Shown: positions 1 to 9,747 of the stretch, piece by piece
Layout of the letters: each line of letters starts with the position of its first letter
Numbering within the stretch: the first letter of the stretch is position 1
From: Candidatus Nealsonbacteria bacterium
GTDB taxonomy: Bacteria; Patescibacteriota; Minisyncoccia; Minisyncoccales; JANBVM01
Length of the DNA: 64,000 nt
Reading direction: 5' to 3'
Assembly: GCA_047456315.1 (NCBI GenBank)
Contig: CP179889.1
Coordinates: 56,966 to 120,965 of the forward strand
The notes under the pieces: model-generated
Told to the model about the DNA's origin: nothing
Database searches by the model: none
What the model saw: the letters and a program-made list of their open reading frames with translations, nothing else
Program-made: the position numbers and the translations under genes

Positions 1-1230
1 ATTCATCATGTTCATAACTTGTAACTTTAACAACTGGTCCCTGTCCCGGAACAGCACGAGGAGAATTACCGTCTTCTGTAATTTTGTATCCCCTATGATC
101 ATCTGAAGGATTTTCAACAATAAACCTATCAGAACTAACAGAAGACTTCTTTAGTTTATTAAAAGTATAATCACTTTCTGCTAAATGCTTATCAGAAATT
201 AATATCACTAAACTTCGATACTTATTGGCCAAATAAAACGCTTCTTGGGTTCTTGTAATTGCTTCTTGAGGATCGCCAGGAGCAACAACAATTCTAGTAA
301 ACTCACCTTGACCAATATTAACTGCAAACTTTAAATCAGCCTGAGCAGTATAAGTTGGAACACCGCTAGCAGGACCAGTTCTCTGAGCCAAGTATACAAC
401 TAAAGGAATTTCACCCATTCCAGCCAAGCTCATTGCCTCACCCATCAGAGCAAACCCTCCCCCTGAAGTTCCAACCATTGTTTTAGCGCCAGCAAAAGAA
501 GCACCAAGAGCAACATTAATAACTGCAATCTCATTTTCAAGCTGCAGAACTAATAAATTATGGTCTTTTTCTTTTGCTGCTAAATAATGCAGGATTGGAG
601 TAGCTGGAGTCATTGGATAAGCAACATAAACATCTACTCCTGAAGCTATAGCTCCAATTGAAACAGCTTTGTTTCCAGAAATAAAATACTTCTGATCACC
701 TAATTTTTCAAACTTTTCCTCTTCTTTGCCTAAATCATAACCAATCTTTGCTGCTTTTTTTATTAAATCAATTTTGCTGCCACCAAATCTTTCCTCTAAT
801 TCTTTCATTAAAAAATCCTCGCTCATGTCAAAAAACTTAAACAGCCAGCCAATAAAAACATCATTTTCTATTACTGGTTTAGCGTCTAAATCTTTTAAAA
901 TGGGTTGGATGTCAATAGGATAAAACTTTTTCTCTGTTTTTAAATCCTTGTCACCAATAATAAAGCCTTTTTCTTTTAAACCTTTAACATGTTTATCAAT
1001 TGTAGTTTGATCAAGCGCAACTATTAAATCATATTTATCGCTGTGGGAATAAACAGGCTTATCAGAGATTTTAATTACATTAAAGTTATGACCTCCCCTT
1101 ATTAAAGAAGGATAATCCCTGTAATTAAAAACATAATAACCTGAAGAAGAAAAAACCTCTCCTATAAAGCATGAGGTTACATTGGTTCCCTGGCCTGCTT
1201 TCCCTCCAATTAAAATTGTTTTTTCCATAA
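1..1230 (-). CDS. 2-oxoacid:ferredoxin oxidoreductase, fused gamma/alpha subunit. It is partial: the C-terminus runs off the window start.
   Basis: Manual minus-strand translation from the ATG at 1228-1230 gives MEKTILIGGKAGQGTNVTS (gamma-subunit GxGGQG-like start). Further in it gives VYVAYPMTPATPIL and TSGGGFALMGEAMSLAGMGEIPLVV, which match KorA/PorA alpha-subunit motifs. This ORF is not in the supplied ORF track. Confidence 0.6.
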
Positions 1231-1247
1231 ATTTTCTTTATTTTTAA

Positions 1248-3056
1248 TTACTCGACTGTTACGCTTTTCGCCAAATTGCGGGGCTTGTCTACATCTTTTC
1301 CAAGCGACACAGCCATATAATACGCAAAAAGATGAAGCGGGATAACTGATAACATAGGAGTTAACATTTCCAAGGTCTTTGGTATATATATTACATCATC
1401 AACTAGTTCTTTTATCCTTTCATTGCCTTCAGTAGCAATTGCAAGGACCAGTCCTTTTCTTGCTTTTACCTCTTCAACACCTAAAATCATTTTATCGTAT
1501 ACAGAATCAGAAGGACAAATCGCTATTGTTGGAAAATTCTCATCAACCAAAGCCAGGGGCCCATGTTTTAATTCACCGCTGGCTCCTCCTTCGGCATGAA
1601 GATAAGAAATCTCTTTTAGTTTTAGAGCTCCTTCTAAAGCAATAGGAAAATTATATTTTCTTCCAATAAACCAGAAGTTTTTAAAATCTTTGTATTTTTC
1701 GGCTATGGCTTTGATTTGTTCTTTATTTTCTAAAATCTGTTTAGCTAATTCTGGCAGCTTTTTCAATTCTGAGGTAATCCTCTGGCCAAAAACAAGCGAC
1801 ATATTGCGCTGCCTTCCTAAATAAACTGAAAGCATTGCCAAGGTTGCTAATTGACCTAAAAATACTTTAGTTGAGGCAACAGCTATTTCAGGACCTGAAC
1901 GAGTATAAACTCCAGCATCTGTTTCTCTGGCTTGGGTTGAACCAACAACGTTTGTAACGCCTATTGTTAAGATTCCTTTTTTCTTCATTTCTGTTAACGC
2001 TGCCAGAGTATCAGCAGTTTCTCCTGATTGGGAAACAAACACAGCAACAGTATTTTTATCAATAATTGGTTTTCTGTATCTAAATTCAGAACCAATCTCT
2101 GCTTCAGATAAAATGCCTGCGTATTCTTCCAGCATGTATTTGCCAATTCTAGAAGCATAACCAGCAGTGCCACATGCAACTAAAACAATCCTGTTAATCT
2201 TGTTTAACTTATCTCTTACGCTATCCAACCCGCCAAGCTTTACTGTCCCTTCATCAGGAATCAATCTGCCTCTAATCGCATTTTCAATTGTTTCTGGCTC
2301 TTCCATTATTTCTTTAAGCATGAAATGCTCATATCCTTTTTTTTGGGCATCTTCTGGAGTCCAGTCAATAGAAGTCATTGGTTTCTCTTTAAGAATGAAA
2401 AAATCTTCTGGTTTTAGAACAGCAACTTCATTATCATCTAGAGTAATAACTTGCCTGGTATGGGTTATTATTGCTGCTGGATCAGATGCAATCAAAAGTT
2501 CATCCTTACCAATGCCTAAAATCATTGGTGAAGATAAACGAGCTGCAACAATCTTTTGAGGCTCTTTTTTAGACATTAAAGCAATGCCATATGTTCCTCT
2601 AACATCTTTTAGTATTTTTCTAAGCGCTTCTTCTAAACTGCCATTATAATTATCCTCAACTAAATGGCACAATACTTCAGTGTCTGTTTTACTGGTAAAT
2701 TTATGGCCTTTTGAAATTAATTTTTCCTTAAGCTCCTTATAGTTTTCAATAATTCCATTATGAACCAGGAAAATATTTCTATTACAGTCAAAATGAGGAT
2801 GAGCATTTTCATCTGTCACACCTCCTGTAGTCGCCCAACGAACGTGACCAAGCCCAGTAACCCCCTCAACAGTTAAATTAGAAAGATTTTCTGATCTTGA
2901 AATCTTGCCCACCTTCTTATAAACAAAAGGTTCTTTGTCTTTATTAAAAACACAAAAACCGTAGCTGTCATAGCCGCGGTATTCCATTCGCTTAAGCCCG
3001 GATAATAAAATCGGGAAGGCGGGTTTTTTACCTAAATAACCTATAATGCCGCACAT
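1248..3056 (-). CDS. glmS: glutamine--fructose-6-phosphate aminotransferase (isomerising)
   Basis: 602-aa ORF with an N-terminal MCGIIGY class-II glutamine amidotransferase start, followed by two SIS domains. Confidence 0.93.
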   Translation of the reverse strand: MCGIIGYLGKKPAFPILLSGLKRMEYRGYDSYGFCVFNKDKEPFVYKKVGKISRSENLSNLTVEGVTGLGHVRWATTGGVTDENAHPHFDCNRNIFLVHNGIIENYKELKEKLISKGHKFTSKTDTEVLCHLVEDNYNGSLEEALRKILKDVRGTYGIALMSKKEPQKIVAARLSSPMILGIGKDELLIASDPAAIITHTRQVITLDDNEVAVLKPEDFFILKEKPMTSIDWTPEDAQKKGYEHFMLKEIMEEPETIENAIRGRLIPDEGTVKLGGLDSVRDKLNKINRIVLVACGTAGYASRIGKYMLEEYAGILSEAEIGSEFRYRKPIIDKNTVAVFVSQSGETADTLAALTEMKKKGILTIGVTNVVGSTQARETDAGVYTRSGPEIAVASTKVFLGQLATLAMLSVYLGRQRNMSLVFGQRITSELKKLPELAKQILENKEQIKAIAEKYKDFKNFWFIGRKYNFPIALEGALKLKEISYLHAEGGASGELKHGPLALVDENFPTIAICPSDSVYDKMILGVEEVKARKGLVLAIATEGNERIKELVDDVIYIPKTLEMLTPMLSVIPLHLFAYYMAVSLGKDVDKPRNLAKSVTVE

Positions 3057-3059
3057 TGT

Positions 3060-5456
3060 TTAAATTACAATGTTTATTAATTTTCCTGGAACAAAAATTA
3101 TCTTTTTAATGCTTTTACTTAATATTCTTTTTTTAACTTTTTCACGATTTAGTGTCAAATCGCGCGCTTCATCCTCAGAAATATCAGCCTCTACCTCAAT
3201 TTTATCCCGAACCCTGCCATTAATCTGAATTATTAAGGTAATTGTTTTTTCTTCTGCTAACTTTTTGTCATATTTTGGCCAGGATTGATCATGAACTGAA
3301 TCTTTGTTGCCAATTTTTCTCCAAAGCTCTTCAGCAATATGGGGTGCAAATGGAGCCAGTAGCAACAGCATCCTTTCAATCACATCCTTTCCAACGCTGT
3401 CCTTGTTTTTAAAACTAAAATTAATAAATTCCATAAAAGCAGCCACTGCTGTATTAAACTTCATTTTTTCCATGTCAGTTTCTACTTTCCTATTAAGTTT
3501 GTGAATTTCTTTTATTGCACTATCAGAATTTTTTTTATTCTCGAAACAATCTAAAGTTAATTGCCAGACTCTGTTTAGAAATCTGTTAACACCTTTTACT
3601 CCTTTACTGTTCCAAGAAATTGCCTGCTCAAAAGGACCCATAAACATTTCATAAACTCTTAAAGTATCAGCTCCATGTTCTTTAACAATATTATCAGGGT
3701 TAATAACATTACCAAATGATTTTGACATTTTCCTGTTATCTTCAGCTAAAACAATTCCATGGGAAGTTCTTTTCACATATGGTTCTGGATGGGAAACAAC
3801 TTTAATATCATAAAGAAACTTGTATATAAACCTAGAGTATAAAAGATGTAAAGTAGTATGCTCCATCCCGCCATTATACCAGTCAACTGGCATCCAATAA
3901 TTTAATTTTTTCTTGTCAGCTATTTGTTTGTCATTTTTAGAATCAACATATCTTAAAAAATACCAGTTAGAACCAGCCCAGTTAGGCATTGTGTCAGTTT
4001 CTCTTTTTGCGCTGCTCTTGCACTTAGGACATTTAACGTTAACCCAATCACTTATTCCAGCTAAAGGAGACTCTCCAGTATCAGTTGGTTCATATTTTTT
4101 CACATAAGGAAGCTCAACTGGTAAATCTTTTTCAGAAACAGGAACAATCCCGCATCTTTCACAGTGAATAATGGGAATGGGCTCTCCCCAATAATGCTGA
4201 CGGGAAAATATCCAGTCTCTTAATTTATAGCGAATTTGTTTTTTTCCTAATTTTTTATTCTCAAACCATTTAGTTATTTTTTTAATTGCCTCTCCTGACT
4301 TCAAACCATTGAATTCTCCTGAATTAACTAAAGTTCCATATTCAACAAAAGCTTGTTTTGAAACATCTCCTCCTTTTATTACTTCTCTTATTTCTAGATT
4401 ATACTTCTTAGCAAAATCATAATCACGTTTATCATGAGCAGGAACAATCATTACAGCCCCTCCTCCATAAGTTGCAACTACATAGTCGCCAATCCAGACA
4501 GGAATCTTTTCATTATTTATTGGATTAATACAATATGAACCAGTGAATATTCCTGTTTTTTCCTTTTCGAGTTTTGTTCTTTCAAACTCTGTTTTATTCT
4601 TTGATTGTTTAATGTATTTCTCAACCGCGCTTTTATTTTCATCAGTTATTAGTTTTTCAACTAATTTATACTCAGGAGCTAAAACAACAGCTGTTACCCC
4701 AAAAATAGTATCAGCCCTGGTAGTAAAAACAGAGATAACATCGCTGGAGTTTTCAATTTTAAAATCAATGTCCACTCCATAACTTCTACCAATCCATTCA
4801 AGCTGTTGAGCTTTAATTCTTTCTAAATAATCAACTTTCTCTAAATCTTCAATTAACCTATCAGCATATTTTGTGATTTTAAGCATCCATTGTTTTAGTT
4901 TTTTTTGTGAAACTTTTGCCTTGCATCTTTCACATTTTCCATCAATAACCTCTTCATTTGCCAGGCCAATTTTACATGATGGACACCAGTTAATAGGCAT
5001 TTCATCCTGATAAGCAAGATCGTTCTCAAAAAGCTTTAAAAATATCCATTGAGTCCATTTATAATATTTAGGATCAGTTGTATTAACTTCTCTTGACCAA
5101 TCAAAAGAAAGACCTAAACTTTTAAGCTGTCTTGTATAGTTAGCAATATTCTTTTTAGTTACTTCAATTGGATGGATACCAGTCTTAATTGCATAGTTCT
5201 CAGTCGGCAGACCAAAAGCATCCCAGCCAATTGGAAACATTACATTGAATCCCTGCATTCTGTATTTTCTTGCTATTGCATCAAATGCTGAATAAGACCT
5301 ACAATGGCCAACATGAAGACCAACTCCAGATGGATATGGAAATTCAATTAAAACGTATTTTTTAGGCTTTTTTGAAAAATCCTGAGCTTTATAAAAATCA
5401 TGCTTCTCCCAGTATTTTTGCCATTTAGATTCTATCTCTTGAGATTTGTATTGCAT
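3060..5456 (-). CDS. leuS: leucyl-tRNA synthetase
   Basis: 798 aa; HIGH-type motif (HVGHCRSY) and KMSKS motif; length and architecture typical of LeuRS. Confidence 0.93.
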   Translation of the reverse strand: MQYKSQEIESKWQKYWEKHDFYKAQDFSKKPKKYVLIEFPYPSGVGLHVGHCRSYSAFDAIARKYRMQGFNVMFPIGWDAFGLPTENYAIKTGIHPIEVTKKNIANYTRQLKSLGLSFDWSREVNTTDPKYYKWTQWIFLKLFENDLAYQDEMPINWCPSCKIGLANEEVIDGKCERCKAKVSQKKLKQWMLKITKYADRLIEDLEKVDYLERIKAQQLEWIGRSYGVDIDFKIENSSDVISVFTTRADTIFGVTAVVLAPEYKLVEKLITDENKSAVEKYIKQSKNKTEFERTKLEKEKTGIFTGSYCINPINNEKIPVWIGDYVVATYGGGAVMIVPAHDKRDYDFAKKYNLEIREVIKGGDVSKQAFVEYGTLVNSGEFNGLKSGEAIKKITKWFENKKLGKKQIRYKLRDWIFSRQHYWGEPIPIIHCERCGIVPVSEKDLPVELPYVKKYEPTDTGESPLAGISDWVNVKCPKCKSSAKRETDTMPNWAGSNWYFLRYVDSKNDKQIADKKKLNYWMPVDWYNGGMEHTTLHLLYSRFIYKFLYDIKVVSHPEPYVKRTSHGIVLAEDNRKMSKSFGNVINPDNIVKEHGADTLRVYEMFMGPFEQAISWNSKGVKGVNRFLNRVWQLTLDCFENKKNSDSAIKEIHKLNRKVETDMEKMKFNTAVAAFMEFINFSFKNKDSVGKDVIERMLLLLAPFAPHIAEELWRKIGNKDSVHDQSWPKYDKKLAEEKTITLIIQINGRVRDKIEVEADISEDEARDLTLNREKVKKRILSKSIKKIIFVPGKLINIVI

Positions 5457-5520
5457 ATAATTTTATGTTAGGCGATTAATCTTTATTTGTAAAATAATAA
5501 TGTATAATCAAAAATAAGAT

Positions 5521-6618
5521 ATGAAAACTGCTCTAATTTACAGTCCGGAATTAAAAAACTATAGTTTTGGCAAAAAACATCCTTTTACAAGTGATAGGTT
5601 TGAGAATTTTTTAGCTTTTTTAAAACAAAAACTGCCTGATTTGAATAATTTCTTTGAATTGATTGTTCCTAAACCAGCAAAAGATAAAGATTTAGAATTG
5701 TTTCACAGTAAAGAATATATTGAAGCAATGAAAAAAGCTTCAAAAGGAATTATTCTACCAAACATTTTTCAATACACAACCACAGATAACCTTGATCCAT
5801 CAACAGGATATCTACCAAAAGGAATTCATGAAGCTGGAAAGATTGTAGTTGGAACATCTTTAAAAGCTGCTGAATTAGTTTTTGAAGGAAAATTCAAAAA
5901 AGCAATTGCCTTAGGTGGAGGACTTCACCATGCTAAAAAAGAAAAAGGAGAGGGTTTCTGTATTTACAATGATGTTGTGATAAGCGCTAAAAAACTGCTT
6001 AAAATGGGAGCTAAAAGAGTTTTAGTTTTAGACACTGATGCTCATGCTGGAAATGGAACAGCTGAAGCTTTTTATCATGAAAATCAGGTCTTATTTATTG
6101 ATATCCATCAAGACCCAAGAACAATTTATCCGGGAACAGGATTTATCAATGAAATTGGAGAAGGAAAAGGAAAGGGTTTTACAGTCAATATTGCTCTTTC
6201 TCAAGGGGCTAGCGACAAATCTTACCAATATGTATTTGAAGAAATTATTTTCCCAATAACTAAAGAGTTTAAACCAGAAATAATTATTAGGAATGGAGGT
6301 TCTGATCCCTATTTTGGAGACGGATTAACAAATTTAGGTCTCACTTTAGATGGTTTCAGAATAATCGGGGAAAAAGTAAGAGAATTGGCTAATGAGGTTT
6401 GTAATAGTAAAGAAGTTGATTTGATTGCCTCAGGATACAATCAGAAAATCTTACCAGGTGCATGGCTGTCACTTGTCAGTGGGCTTTGTGATTTAGATAT
6501 AGAAATAAAAGAAGATAAAAAAGGATTTGTAAAAAAAGATTTTGGGTTGAAGGAAACAAAAAACATGATTGAAGGCCTCAAATTATATTTAAAAAGCTAT
6601 TGGAGATGCTTAAGCTAG
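5521..6618 (+). CDS. histone deacetylase / acetoin-utilisation (AcuC) family deacetylase
   Basis: GGGLHHAKKEKGEGFCIYNDVV and DTDAHAGNGT are characteristic of the class I/II HDAC fold. A TATAAT-like -10 element lies at ~5503. Confidence 0.8.
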   Translation: MKTALIYSPELKNYSFGKKHPFTSDRFENFLAFLKQKLPDLNNFFELIVPKPAKDKDLELFHSKEYIEAMKKASKGIILPNIFQYTTTDNLDPSTGYLPKGIHEAGKIVVGTSLKAAELVFEGKFKKAIALGGGLHHAKKEKGEGFCIYNDVVISAKKLLKMGAKRVLVLDTDAHAGNGTAEAFYHENQVLFIDIHQDPRTIYPGTGFINEIGEGKGKGFTVNIALSQGASDKSYQYVFEEIIFPITKEFKPEIIIRNGGSDPYFGDGLTNLGLTLDGFRIIGEKVRELANEVCNSKEVDLIASGYNQKILPGAWLSLVSGLCDLDIEIKEDKKGFVKKDFGLKETKNMIEGLKLYLKSYWRCLS

Positions 6619-7449
6619 CTATATATTAAAAAACTCTCTTGCGTTTTTTGTCGTTGCTTTTACTATTTTTTCAAAGCTTAACCTTTTGATTTTAGCAATC
6701 TCTTGAGCAATATATTTTACAAAAATAGGTTTATTGCGTTTTGTTTTTGTTTGAGGGGGAACTAAATAAGGGCAATCTGTCTCAATTAAAATTTTATCCA
6801 AAGGAGTTACTTCAATAACTTTTTTAAAATCAATATTTTCAATATTTTTAAAAATTATTCCATTAAAACCAATATAGTATCCAAATTCTAAATGCTTTCT
6901 AATATCTTCCTCTGTTCCAACAAAACTATGAGCAACTGCTTTTTTAGGCCTTAAATCAGGGTTCTCGGATAAAATTCTGAACAAATTATGATTAGCCATA
7001 CGACAGTGAAAAATCACTGGTAAATTCAGTTCTTTTGCTAATTCCAATTGTTTTAGTAATAAGTTTTCTTGCTTCTGTTTAAATAATTCCTTTTTGGTTT
7101 TTGGTCTCCAGTAATAATCCAGACCAATCTCGCCAATTGCTACTACTTTTTCGTTTTGAGCCAGTTCTTTGTACTTTTCATAATCAAATTCTTTTTCAAA
7201 ATAATCATCTCCAAATTCATCACTTCTTATTTTTACTAATCCAGTATCCAGAGCCATTGGGTGAAGTCCAACACTAGCATAAATTCCTTTTTCATAATTT
7301 TGAGCAAGCCTGACAACTTCTTCTGATGTTTTTAAATTTGTTCCAACATTAACAACCCAGACATTATTGTCCAGGCATTTTTTAATAACTTTCTCTCTGT
7401 CTTTATTAAAAGCAGGAAAATTTAAATGAGCATGAGTATCAATTAACAT
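6619..7449 (-). CDS. tatD: TatD-family metal-dependent hydrolase/DNase
   Basis: MLIDTHAHLNF start and later ETDCPYL are typical TatD motifs. The ORF-track N-terminal extension (MPRCCASDKIRI) is probably not translated. Confidence 0.85.
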   Translation of the reverse strand: MLIDTHAHLNFPAFNKDREKVIKKCLDNNVWVVNVGTNLKTSEEVVRLAQNYEKGIYASVGLHPMALDTGLVKIRSDEFGDDYFEKEFDYEKYKELAQNEKVVAIGEIGLDYYWRPKTKKELFKQKQENLLLKQLELAKELNLPVIFHCRMANHNLFRILSENPDLRPKKAVAHSFVGTEEDIRKHLEFGYYIGFNGIIFKNIENIDFKKVIEVTPLDKILIETDCPYLVPPQTKTKRNKPIFVKYIAQEIAKIKRLSFEKIVKATTKNAREFFNI

Positions 7450-7478
7450 GATTCTTATTTTATCCGAAGCACAACATC

Positions 7479-7673
7479 TTGGCAAAGGATTTATCTTATA
7501 ATAATATAACTGATGAGATATGTTTATCTAGTATTATGAATAAAAAAATAAAAAACGAGTTTATTTTCTATATTATTATTGTACTGTTTGTTATTTTAGG
7601 AATTCGATTATTTCCTGGAATTTGGTATGATCTCAAGCTCTATTTGTCTTTTCTTAAACAAATAATTCAATAA
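7479..7673 (+). CDS. small hydrophobic protein (possible single-TM peptide)
   Basis: 64-aa ORF with a strongly hydrophobic core (FIFYIIIVLFVILGI). Supported only by ORF and hydropathy. Confidence 0.25.
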   Translation: MAKDLSYNNITDEICLSSIMNKKIKNEFIFYIIIVLFVILGIRLFPGIWYDLKLYLSFLKQIIQ

Positions 7674-7684
7674 ACGAAAAAGTT

Positions 7685-8404
7685 GTGAAAAGAAGTTATC
7701 TAAAATTTATTCTCATTTCAATTGTTGTTTTTTTAATTGCTGGATTTTATTTTAAAGAAAGATTTTCTGACAGAATTCCTAAAGAGAATTATCAATATCA
7801 AGAAGTTAAGGAAAATGGAACAGGAATAATTAAAAAAGAAACTACTAAAATAGAGGAAAATTCAACAACAACAGAACCCAAGGAAGATTTAACTCCAAGA
7901 CAAGTAGTTGAAAGATTTATTGAGGCAGATACGCTTGGAACAAGACTAGGAGGAGAAATTGCCAAAGAAGCACCTAATATTGAGAATTATCGTTCTTCTA
8001 AATTCATGGATCCTGGATGGGATATAATAATGGTCATTAAAAATTATGAAATCGTTGATGAATATCTATCTAAAGAAGGAAATTCTTATTTTGTAAAGGT
8101 AAAATACTTTTGCAAAGAAGGAATTGCTTCTGGTTTCAGTGGAGCAAAAGATGAAAAAGTGATTATGACAACACCTAGTGATGTTCCTGGAGGAGAAGGA
8201 ATAATTGTAAGTTTTAACTGTGACAGCTTCTTCTCTCCATTAGCTGACCCTTCTATTATAAAGTATGATTTTGGATTCCAAACCGAAACTATAACTTTTG
8301 GATTGATAAAAGAGGAAGGAAGGTGGAAGATAGATTCACCTCTTAGTTGTCCTCGCATCTCAGAAGAAACTCTCAAAAAACATTTAGAGGATTTAAGTAA
8401 ATAA
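7685..8404 (+). CDS. hypothetical membrane-anchored protein
   Basis: 239-aa ORF with a GTG start and an N-terminal TM segment; followed by a GGGGCA/TGCCCC hairpin plus T-run terminator at 8407-8455. Confidence 0.5.
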   Translation: MKRSYLKFILISIVVFLIAGFYFKERFSDRIPKENYQYQEVKENGTGIIKKETTKIEENSTTTEPKEDLTPRQVVERFIEADTLGTRLGGEIAKEAPNIENYRSSKFMDPGWDIIMVIKNYEIVDEYLSKEGNSYFVKVKYFCKEGIASGFSGAKDEKVIMTTPSDVPGGEGIIVSFNCDSFFSPLADPSIIKYDFGFQTETITFGLIKEEGRWKIDSPLSCPRISEETLKKHLEDLSK

Positions 8405-8601
8405 AAAGGGGCAGTAAAAAAAATTGCCCCTGGATTGGAGGTTCTGTTTTTTTTAAAAAAAATCAAAAAACACCTAATGAGTTTAAAGATTATATTCAGA
8501 CAATAGAGGTTTGGAATATTTATAAAAACGAGAAATTTGGGTATATAATTCAATATCCACAAGATTGGACAATTATTAAAACCCAAGAAAATCATGGAAT
8601 A

Positions 8602-9051
8602 GTGCTTTCTAATGTAACATTTCAATCAAATAATTACGAAGAAAAAACAAACCCACAACCACAAACAGTAGAAGGTTTATGGCGAACACAGTTACTAACC
8701 AAAGGAACAACATTAATTTTTAATATCGTTAGAATTCCTCCTGATCCTAATTGGTGTATTGGTTTGTTTGAAGACAATCCACAAGAATGCACTTGGCATT
8801 ATTGGGCTAAAAGAGGAACTGATTGGCCATACGGCAAGATACTCAATCAAGAATTTATCACATTGAATGGAAGAGAGGTGTACAAGAAAGAGATAGAATA
8901 TCAAAATATAACCTCGATAGTAATTAGTTTCTCTGATCTAGAAGAAAAAACATTATTTGAGTTTATAATAGATACTCTTACAAAAGATAAAGAAAGAAAT
9001 TTAGAGCTCTTAGAACAAATAATTTCTAATTCTAAATTTTTAAAATCTTAG
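8602..9051 (+). CDS. hypothetical protein (start uncertain, possibly degraded)
   Basis: ORF with a GTG start. The same frame is open and protein-like back to 8401 with no ATG. A terminator hairpin (AGGAGT/ACTCCT plus T-run) follows at 9070-9100. Confidence 0.35.
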   Translation: MLSNVTFQSNNYEEKTNPQPQTVEGLWRTQLLTKGTTLIFNIVRIPPDPNWCIGLFEDNPQECTWHYWAKRGTDWPYGKILNQEFITLNGREVYKKEIEYQNITSIVISFSDLEEKTLFEFIIDTLTKDKERNLELLEQIISNSKFLKS

Positions 9052-9103
9052 TCTAGTTAAAGAAAGAAAGGAGTAAAAAAAACTCCTTTTATTTTAAAGC
9101 CTG

Positions 9104-9165
9104 GTTGTCTCTGTCTTTATTAAACGCAGAAAAATTTAGATGGGCATGAGTATTAATTCATTCGG
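9104..9165 (-). pseudogene. relic fragment duplicating the 5' end of tatD
   Basis: 9106-9160 is ~85% identical to 7395-7449. The minus-strand translation INTHAHLNFSAFNKDRD parallels TatD's LIDTHAHLNFPAFNKDRE, but no ORF continues from it. Confidence 0.5.
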
Positions 9166-9285
9166 CTTTGTTCAGGGTTGATGTTGGGTTTATCGAATCA
9201 TTAATTAGCATAATGTTTCATTTTATACTCTTTTTTGAATAAAAAAATATCCGCTAAAAGGCGGATTTTCATTTTTAAAAAATAA

Positions 9286-9663
9286 TTATTCTGCTTTGGC
9301 AAAGTTCACTCTGGGAACCTCAAAAAAATCAAGTTGATAGGACGAGCAAAAGCTCGTGATTATTTTAAGGTCAGCCGCGGTGGGATTGCGTAGAATAAAT
9401 TCATTTAGATTTGTTGTTGGGGATTTTTGGAAAAAAATAATAGAATTATCTCTTCCCCATAAAACCCAGTGTCTCCAATGTTTTATATTTTGAATCTCTT
9501 CTTCTACATTCTCTCCTGTCTTTGTTCTCTTCTCCAAGTCCCACTTTTTCTTTTCGGCCTTAAGATAGTCAGAGTAATACATTTTTTTGAAAACTTCTAA
9601 CAATCTTGTGGCCTCCCCTGAACTATACTCAAAAGGTTCCAGTCTTATTTCTTTCTTACTCAA
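9286..9663 (-). CDS. hypothetical protein
   Basis: 125-aa ORF; a bidirectional terminator (ATCCGC/GCGGAT hairpin flanked by A/T runs) lies at 9247-9285. Confidence 0.45.
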   Translation of the reverse strand: MSKKEIRLEPFEYSSGEATRLLEVFKKMYYSDYLKAEKKKWDLEKRTKTGENVEEEIQNIKHWRHWVLWGRDNSIIFFQKSPTTNLNEFILRNPTAADLKIITSFCSSYQLDFFEVPRVNFAKAE

Positions 9664-9747
9664 TATAAATCACTCTTTTATTATTTAATTTTTAATTATA
9701 TCCAATTTACTAAACTCAAACTACCATATTCTTTAAAAATGTCAATC

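Noticed and set aside
1439-2559. Antisense ORFs inside glmS (1439-1645, 1994-2179, 2167-2559), and similar short ORFs inside other long genes (3304-3504, 3913-4107, 4543-4782, 6038-6259, 11549-11770, 20330-20524, 21383-21580, 22276-23271, 28471-28665, 33048-33269, 34333-34926, 38307-38498, 40975-41181, 42971-43228, 45377-45634, 46048-46257, 47960-48232, 49826-50095, 51943-52476, 54801-54986, 55332-55517, 56863-57063, 57477-57683, 58285-58596, 59037-59417, 59772-59969, 60752-60937, 61037-61282)
   Set aside because: They are fully embedded in, or antisense to, well-supported conserved genes, have low-complexity or hydrophobic composition typical of AT-rich antisense frames, and show no motifs.
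8086-8625. 179-aa minus-strand ORF overlapping the 7685-8404 gene and the 8405-8602 spacer
   Set aside because: It is antisense to a plus-strand gene that has a clean terminator, and its composition is low-complexity (Ile/Phe/Leu-rich).
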